Source: an uncultured Candidatus Saccharibacteria bacterium
GTDB lineage: Bacteria > Patescibacteriota > Saccharimonadia > UBA4664 > CAZJNH01
Assembly: GCA_964547425.1 (NCBI GenBank)
Contig: CAZJNH010000005.1
Location: 17,703-81,702, forward strand
Direction of reading: 5' to 3'
DNA: 64,000 bases
Of this stretch, positions 58,104-64,000 are shown in pieces. Under the pieces are notes generated by a model that was not told where the DNA came from, did not search any database, and saw only the letters and a program-made list of their open reading frames with translations. The position numbers and the translations under genes are program-made. The number at the start of each line of letters is the position of its first letter. Position 1 is the stretch's first letter.

Positions 58104-58270
58104 TGGAATAATCTACGCCCGCTTGTCAGGCGTGTCAAGCTTTTTTAACCGTAACTAACTTGACAAATAAAAACGCTTATGCTACACCTTAAGTGACAGC
58201 ATCGCGCTGCCAGGTGGAAGTCCCAGGTCAATCAAGTTTGACTTGGGACGAACTGTAGGAGGAGGCGAAA

Positions 58271-58438
58271 ATGGTTTCGAAGGAATTCGAAAAGCTCTTC
58301 GCCAAAGCCCACCCCGAACTCCCCAATCTCGAACTCGCCCTTAAGGAGCACGAGCTGGAGCTGCAAGAGTTCAGGGAACGCCACGAGCGCCATCTCCGCA
58401 AGAAGCAAGAGGCGCCTCCGGCGAAGAAAGCTTCCTAG
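58271..58438 (+). CDS. 55-aa charged helical microprotein
   Basis: AGGAGGAGG SD; MVSKEFEKLFAKAHPELPNLELALKEHELELQEFRERHERHLRKKQEAPPAKKAS; hairpin after the stop. Confidence 0.65.
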   Translation: MVSKEFEKLFAKAHPELPNLELALKEHELELQEFRERHERHLRKKQEAPPAKKAS

Positions 58439-58491
58439 CAGTAACCCTTCCCCGTTTCGTGAGCCAGGTCTGCAGCCTGGCTCACAACCAT

Positions 58492-59226
58492 TTAGGCCGC
58501 TTGCTCGCCGTACTTTTGGCGAGCTTTTTCGACTAACTCCCACGCCGCGCTGGCGGTAGTTTTCAGTTCCCCGGAATTTGGGATACTCATCTCACGCATT
58601 TTGGCCAACAGCCTGCGGGCGTCCTCGAACGACAAAGTCTCGCCCATTTCCTGCCGCACCGCTTCGGTCACCTCATCGTGGGCTTTAACTCTAAGCAGAT
58701 CAATCTTGGCAACGTCAGCGCTTGTAATGTGCAGTTGGTTAGCTAAGTTTATCGCCGCCGTGCCCTTTTTAACGGTTCGTAAATACTCGTGCCATTTCTT
58801 GTTGGTGTCAGGGGAAAAGATCTGCTCCGGAAATTCGAATTGGCCATCAGCGTTTAACATTCCCATCTTGGCCAGTAGTATGTTTTCGGATTCAGAGCCA
58901 TCAATCGACTTCAGCATTTCTTGCATATTCTCCCGGTGCTGCTCCTCTAATTGAGCCTTCTCGTTTTCCGGAGATCTAAAAATCCCCAGCTCTTTTTCGA
59001 CATCTTCACGGGTATATTCACGCAGCTGCTTCATCTTTAACACCAAGTTTTTCTCCTCCGGTTTGCCCCGCGAAACCCTAATTTGGTCGAGCAGCTGCTC
59101 AGCTTCAGGATTAATCTGCATCACCGCGTCGACTTTCGCGTCAACGAGTTCGGCATTGAGATCGGTAACTAACTCTGGCCCGGATATAGCGTGAACAGCT
59201 TCCGGATTTGATCCACCCTCTTTCAT
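58492..59226 (-). CDS. Orphan 244-aa helical protein
   Basis: Long ORF; TATGCT 6 nt upstream of the ATG. Confidence 0.65.
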   Translation of the reverse strand: MKEGGSNPEAVHAISGPELVTDLNAELVDAKVDAVMQINPEAEQLLDQIRVSRGKPEEKNLVLKMKQLREYTREDVEKELGIFRSPENEKAQLEEQHRENMQEMLKSIDGSESENILLAKMGMLNADGQFEFPEQIFSPDTNKKWHEYLRTVKKGTAAINLANQLHITSADVAKIDLLRVKAHDEVTEAVRQEMGETLSFEDARRLLAKMREMSIPNSGELKTTASAAWELVEKARQKYGEQAA

Positions 59227-59273
59227 AAATTAAGCATAACAAAAAAGAGCCCCGCCGGCACAAGTGCCGGAAG

Positions 59274-59334
59274 TCCTAAGAACCAAACTCTAAGTCCTAA
59301 AGCGCTACTTAGAGTTTAGGGTTTAGAACTTGGA
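59274..59334. repeat. Heptamer-built palindromic element, shorter copy 3
   Basis: AAACTCTAAG...CTTAGAGTTT core downstream of groEL. Confidence 0.6.
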
Positions 59335-59351
59335 TCTTCCGCCGCAGGCGG

Positions 59352-61010
59352 CTAGTAGTCCATTCCGCCCATGCCACCGGGTGGCATTCCAGGCGTCGGT
59401 TTGTCTTCGGGAATGTCGACGATCAACCCGCCCATCGTCATCGCGGTCCCGGCAATAGAAACTGCATTCTGAATCGCTTCGCGAACAACCTTAGCCGGGT
59501 CAACTATCCCGCCGGATTTCATATCTACTATTTTGGCTGGTTCATTAACGTTAAAGCCTGAACCAGCTTTGGCCTCCTGGACCTTAGCCAATTTCTCCTC
59601 GGCATTGAGTCCGGCGTTGTTCATTAACTGCTTAAATGGCTCCAGCAGGGCGTTTTTGACGATTAACTTGCCGGCATCAGCGGAGCTTGAAACCTTAGAG
59701 GCGTCTGCGTTTAGCCCTGCCGACAGGTTCACCAGCGATACACCACCGCCAGGCACAATGCCTTCGGCCACGGCAGCCTTGGTCGCGTGAACGGCGTCAT
59801 CAACCCGGAATTTCTTTTCTTCAATCTCGGTTTCGGTAGCGCCGCCTACTTTTATAACCGCCACTTTGCCGGCCAACGCCGCCAGCCGCTCTTCCATCTT
59901 TTCCTGTTCGAACTCACTCGTAGCGTTGGCGATCTGCTTCTTGAGCATCGCGATCCGACCGCTGACCTCTTTGGCGTCGCCGCCGCCTTCGATGATGACC
60001 GTAGCGTCCTTGTCGGCAATAATCTTGCGGGCAGTTCCCAGCATGTTCAAATCAGCATCTTCAAATGTAATGCCCTTTTCTTCGGAAATAACGGTCGCGC
60101 CGGTCAAGATTCCAATGTCTTCCATAATCTCCTTGCGGCGGTCGCCGAAGCTCGGAGCCTTGATCGCCAGGGTATTAAATACACCTTTCAGCCGGTTCAA
60201 AATCAGTGTCGCCAGCGCCTCACCCTCAACATCCTCCGCGATGATCACCACTTCCTTTTTGCCAGCTTGGGCTAATTTCTCAAGTAGCGGCAGGATGTCT
60301 TGGATCGAGCTGATTTTCTTGTCGGTAATTAGGATCGCCGGCTTTTCGTAAACCGCTTCCATCCGCGCCGGGTCGGTCACCATGTAAGGGCTAACAAAAC
60401 CGCGGTCGACCTTAAAGCCTTCGACGATCTCCTTTTCCATTCCCAGAGTTTGCGACTGCTCAACGGTCACTGAGCCGTCGCCACCCACGGCGTCAATAAC
60501 ATCAGCGATCAGCGAACCAATCTCCTCGTCACCGGCCGAAACGGTCGCAACTTGGGCGATCTTCTGTTTGTTACCGGCAATCTTTTCAGTCATGCCACCG
60601 ATTTTTCCAACCACTTGTTCGGCCGCCTCATCCAGCCCTTTTTTGAGGTCCATCGGGTTGTGCCCGGCGGCGATTAGGCGGTGAGCCTCGTTCAGAATGT
60701 GATAGGTCAAAATGGTGGCGGTGGTCGTGCCGTCACCAACTGTGTCGTTTGTTTTCGAAGCCGCCTGCTTAATTAACTCGGCGCCCACGCCTTTGCCTAA
60801 ACTGTCTTTGTCCTTGGCATTAGCCTCAATTTCAACGCCCTTGGCCACCGTCACGCCGTCGTGGGTAACGGTCGGGGAGCCATAGCCTTTTTCAATTACA
60901 ACATTGCGGCCTTTTGGTCCCATCGTTACCTTAACGGCGTCGTATAACTCCTTGGCGCCAGCCAAAATCCGGGCTCGAGCATCATCTTCGTAAAAAACTT
61001 TCTTAGCCAT
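59352..61010 (-). CDS. groL: Chaperonin GroEL
   Basis: TMGPKGRNV, GDGTTTAT, GIVPGGG, GGMGGM tail. Confidence 0.99.
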   Translation of the reverse strand: MAKKVFYEDDARARILAGAKELYDAVKVTMGPKGRNVVIEKGYGSPTVTHDGVTVAKGVEIEANAKDKDSLGKGVGAELIKQAASKTNDTVGDGTTTATILTYHILNEAHRLIAAGHNPMDLKKGLDEAAEQVVGKIGGMTEKIAGNKQKIAQVATVSAGDEEIGSLIADVIDAVGGDGSVTVEQSQTLGMEKEIVEGFKVDRGFVSPYMVTDPARMEAVYEKPAILITDKKISSIQDILPLLEKLAQAGKKEVVIIAEDVEGEALATLILNRLKGVFNTLAIKAPSFGDRRKEIMEDIGILTGATVISEEKGITFEDADLNMLGTARKIIADKDATVIIEGGGDAKEVSGRIAMLKKQIANATSEFEQEKMEERLAALAGKVAVIKVGGATETEIEEKKFRVDDAVHATKAAVAEGIVPGGGVSLVNLSAGLNADASKVSSSADAGKLIVKNALLEPFKQLMNNAGLNAEEKLAKVQEAKAGSGFNVNEPAKIVDMKSGGIVDPAKVVREAIQNAVSIAGTAMTMGGLIVDIPEDKPTPGMPPGGMGGMDY

Positions 61011-61303
61011 TACTTCTCCACCACGGCCAATACGTCTTTGGCCTCAAGGATAATAAATTCCTCGCCTTCAACCTTAACTTTGTCGGGTCCGTACTGGGAG
61101 TGCATAATCTTGTCGCCAACTTTAACGTCGACGGGAATCCGGTTGCCGTTGTCGTCAACCTTGCCGGGACCAACCGCGATTACCTCCGCGATCTGGGGCT
61201 TTTCTTTGGCGGTGTCGGGAATAAAAATACCACTTTTGGTTTTGGCCTCGGCCTCGAGGGACTTAGCCACAATCCGATCCGCTAAGGGTTTTAACTTCAT
61301 CAT
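61010..61303 (-). CDS. groS: Co-chaperonin GroES
   Basis: KPLADRIV, SGIFIPDTAKEKP, AVGPG. Confidence 0.98.
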   Translation of the reverse strand: MMKLKPLADRIVAKSLEAEAKTKSGIFIPDTAKEKPQIAEVIAVGPGKVDDNGNRIPVDVKVGDKIMHSQYGPDKVKVEGEEFIILEAKDVLAVVEK

Positions 61304-61318
61304 CTCTCCTTCAGTAAA

Positions 61319-61345
61319 TTAGCACTCTACAGTGCTAAGTGCCAA
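61319..61345. promoter_or_regulatory. CIRCE element (HrcA operator)
   Basis: TTAGCACTC-N9-AAGTGCCAA upstream of groES. Confidence 0.9.
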
Positions 61346-61364
61346 AATATCTTAGCGAATCAGA

Positions 61365-62105
61365 TTACTTAGTGTCAAGCAAATGCTTAATGACCTGTTC
61401 GCAGTCTTTATCGTCTTTAACGGCGATCGATTCATATCCGGCAGCTTTAACCGGATAATCGTTGCCGCCCGATTCCATTGAGTCTCCGACAAATAAAATG
61501 TCTTCCTTTCTCAAATCGAGCAGCTCAAGGAGCTTGTTTACTCCATGAGCTTTACCCTCGCGAGTCACATCAACCGAGGTGGTACCGGCTACCGTGGCCT
61601 CAAACCCAGGCAGCCTTTCACTGGCATAGAGGCGCAGTCTCTCCCGCTTCTCGTGGTTTGGATCCCATTTCAATTTCTCCTCCAACGGCGCGTCCTGCCC
61701 CAGACCGGAGTAAGTGACTTGCGATCCTCTGTCTTCGACTAGCTGACCCCAGGATTTTTCTGGTGTCAGGTCCAGTTCATGAACGCCTTCCGTCAGAACT
61801 TCTTCGATGCGCTTGCGATCCTCAGCCGGCAACTCCTCTTTGTAGACCAATTGCCAGGCGCCATGCTCGAACCGGTAAAAGCTCGTACCGTTGGTGGGCA
61901 TCAAAAAAATGTTCGGATAGTTAGTCGCCTCGACTCGAAATCGGTCCAAGAATTGCTCCTGGAAACGGCGAAACGACGCGCCGGAGATCACGCAAACCTG
62001 GTGCTTTTCGAGTAGCTGACTCACTAGATCCGCCATCTCTCGCGTCATCGGCAACTTGCTCGGCGCCAGCGTTCCATCGAGGTCGAACACGATCATTTTT
62101 GGCAT
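61365..62105 (-). CDS. HAD-IIB hydrolase, eukaryote-type phosphomannomutase-like
   Basis: FDLDGTL, EDRGSQVT, WDP, GTTSVD, GD...GGNDYP. Confidence 0.85.
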   Translation of the reverse strand: MPKMIVFDLDGTLAPSKLPMTREMADLVSQLLEKHQVCVISGASFRRFQEQFLDRFRVEATNYPNIFLMPTNGTSFYRFEHGAWQLVYKEELPAEDRKRIEEVLTEGVHELDLTPEKSWGQLVEDRGSQVTYSGLGQDAPLEEKLKWDPNHEKRERLRLYASERLPGFEATVAGTTSVDVTREGKAHGVNKLLELLDLRKEDILFVGDSMESGGNDYPVKAAGYESIAVKDDKDCEQVIKHLLDTK

Positions 62106-62126
62106 GGCTCTAGTATACTGTCGGGG

Positions 62127-62921
62127 ATGACAAAACGTGTCTTAATGTGCGCCCCCACGTACTTCGGGATCGAATACTCGATCAATCCCTGGATGGATGA
62201 GAGTAATCAGGTTAACCGGGAAAAAGCGCAACAGCAGTGGGACAAGCTGGTCAAGATCTATAAGCAGCTCGGTTTTAAAGTTGAGTTGGTTGATCCAGTC
62301 GAGCACTTGCCAGATATGGTTTTCACCGCCAACGGCGGGTTGGTGATCGGTGGGAAGGTTATGCTGGCACGCTTTAAATACCCGGAACGGCAAGGGGAGA
62401 GCGTGCACTTTAAGCGCTGGTTCAACCACCATGGTTTCCAGCGGATCTATGTTCCCCGTCACGACTTCGAGGGCGAAGGCGATTGTTTGTACAGCGGTGA
62501 GACGGTGTTTGCCGGCTCCGGCTTCCGCACCAGCGTCTATGCCCACCCCGAGGTAGAGAAGGTTTTCGGCAAAAAAGTGGTTCGGCTAAAGCTGGTTGAT
62601 TCCCGGTTCTACCACCTCGATACTTGCTTCGCGCCGCTGGATGATAAGACGATCATGTTCTACCCCGGCGCGTTCGACAAAGCCAGCCAAGAACTCATCA
62701 AAGAGAACTGTGAAACCTTCATCGAGGCCGACGAGGAATCAGCAGAAGCCTTCGGCCTCAACGCCGTCTCCAACGGCAAGCAAGTCGTCCTCGGAGCTGG
62801 CGCCAAGGGTTTAATCAAAACTCTCGAGAAAAAAGGCTTCGAACCAATCCCCGTCGACTTAAGTGAATTCAAAAAGTCCGGTGGCGGCGCCAAATGCCTT
62901 ACTCTAGAATTAAGAAGTTAG
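62127..62921 (+). CDS. Amidinotransferase/dimethylargininase family protein
   Basis: INPWM, PDMVFTAN, FEGEGD, FYHLDT, KSGGGAKC. Confidence 0.92.
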   Translation: MTKRVLMCAPTYFGIEYSINPWMDESNQVNREKAQQQWDKLVKIYKQLGFKVELVDPVEHLPDMVFTANGGLVIGGKVMLARFKYPERQGESVHFKRWFNHHGFQRIYVPRHDFEGEGDCLYSGETVFAGSGFRTSVYAHPEVEKVFGKKVVRLKLVDSRFYHLDTCFAPLDDKTIMFYPGAFDKASQELIKENCETFIEADEESAEAFGLNAVSNGKQVVLGAGAKGLIKTLEKKGFEPIPVDLSEFKKSGGGAKCLTLELRS

Positions 62922-62936
62922 AATTAGGAATCAAGG

Positions 62937-63470
62937 ATGTCAGAATTTAGCGGCGAAAGTCCGTCACCCGAAGAACAACAAAACCCCGAGCAAGCGGAGG
63001 CAACTCGTATCGGCGAGCTTGCCTTTCGGGAAATGGCCAACATTATTCTGGCTCATCCAGACACTCAAGAAATAACGGAGCCTCAGCACCCTTTAATAGA
63101 TAATCGGGTACCAGATGCTCCAGAGTTAATAGATGGTCCAACTGAGGTTAAGGTCAAGCGTCTAGAGCTAAGTGACATTGCAGGAAATGCAAAAGTTGTG
63201 CTGACGCTACGCGGGGAGCAAGAGCGAAGGGGAGGCATAAACTTTGTTCGTCCCGAATATAATCGCCAAGTAACCTACACGTGGACGACAAAGAGAAACC
63301 CTTATAACAATGTACCCCGCGGAGATATGTATAAAGTGATTGGTCAGTTGGACCCGCCGAACGAACCGCCACTAACCCGGCCCCTCGAGGTTGATAAAGA
63401 CCAGCGCGAAGATTTATTAGCAGACATTGTCTCAATCTCGGCCGAACTCAAACGCAGGGGCGAGATTTAG
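62937..63470 (+). CDS. Orphan protein, PEQAE...RGEI family member C
   Basis: NPEQAE, ILAHP, ELKRRGEI. Confidence 0.7.
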   Translation: MSEFSGESPSPEEQQNPEQAEATRIGELAFREMANIILAHPDTQEITEPQHPLIDNRVPDAPELIDGPTEVKVKRLELSDIAGNAKVVLTLRGEQERRGGINFVRPEYNRQVTYTWTTKRNPYNNVPRGDMYKVIGQLDPPNEPPLTRPLEVDKDQREDLLADIVSISAELKRRGEI

Positions 63471-64000
63471 CGTTTTTTGAGGGCTCTCTTGGCCTCGGCG
63501 ATTTCGTCCCAGGGGCGTTTGCCGCTGGGTCCGAGGATAGACTTTTCGTGGCCTTTACCGAGGAGTAGAACCGTATCGCCTTTTTGGGCGTTCATAATCG
63601 CGGCCTCGATCGCTTCCCGGCGATCGTGAATCAGGTATAAATTAATATCGCGTTTCTTTCCCGCCAGCTCCGCTCCGACGGCGATCTCTTCCATAATCTG
63701 CTGGCCATCAATATCCCGATCGTCCTCCTCGGTGATGATAACGACGTCGGCCATTTTGCCGGCCACCTCGCCTTGCAATGGCCGCTTCGCCTCGTCGCGC
63801 CGGCCGGCGGAGCCAAACACTACGATCATCTGGCCGGTGGTTAGCGGCCGCATCTCTTTAAGGATCTTCTCAAAAGATTGCGGTGTGTGAGCGTAGTCAA
63901 CAATGACCGTGAAATCCTGGCCTTCATCAACGGTGTTCATCCGACCCTCCACCGATTCAACCGCCGCGATCCCCTTTTCGATCTGCTTTTCGGTCAAATC
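63467..64000 (-). CDS. murE: Mur ligase MurE-like, C-terminal part (5' end outside window)
   Basis: VEGRM, VDYAHTP, VFGSAGRRD, LLLGKGHE. Confidence 0.88.
   Translation of the reverse strand, partial: DLTEKQIEKGIAAVESVEGRMNTVDEGQDFTVIVDYAHTPQSFEKILKEMRPLTTGQMIVVFGSAGRRDEAKRPLQGEVAGKMADVVIITEEDDRDIDGQQIMEEIAVGAELAGKKRDINLYLIHDRREAIEAAIMNAQKGDTVLLLGKGHEKSILGPSGKRPWDEIAEAKRALKKR

Noticed and set aside
57886-58158. 90-aa plus-strand ORF
   Set aside because: No SD, non-protein-like composition, and antisense to the structured RNA and its promoter.
58232-58543. 103-aa minus-strand ORF
   Set aside because: It is the shadow of the SD-led 55-aa plus-strand gene.

Overview
This looks like a chromosomal segment of a Patescibacteria (CPR) bacterium, probably Saccharimonadia-like. 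That is an inference from gene content, compact packing and standard genetic code 11. The backbone is housekeeping: pilM/pilN, tlyA, efp, rpsF-ssb-rpsR, recA-recX, rodZ, ftsK, rnj, udg, pnp, rpsO, truB, rpsT, holA, mutM, polA, gmk, dnaG-rpoD, a GH1 glycosidase, msrB, wrbA, tRNA-Ser, a MacB-type ABC transporter, PGI/PMI, groES-groEL with CIRCE, and murE. Many core genes appear leaderless, with a -10 box 6-7 nt before the start codon. Between them sit self-contained orphan cassettes carrying some or all of a sigma70 promoter, a boxA-like motif, a strong Shine-Dalgarno and a terminator. These cassettes include an actinobacterial WhiB1-like regulator, two cell-wall lytic transglycosylases, a six-gene microprotein operon and two orphans ending in an identical 37-bp terminator. 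The top unexplained items are a ~665-nt promoter-to-terminator, hairpin-dense, ORF-free transcript (57440-58103, minus strand); a dispersed three-member 'PEQAE...RGEI' paralog family; and a Cys-His-Asp enzyme gene flanked by a duplicated polA 3' end, which forms a 12-codon bridge ORF. No integrase, transposase, CRISPR array or rRNA was seen. All assignments are by eye, with no database searches.
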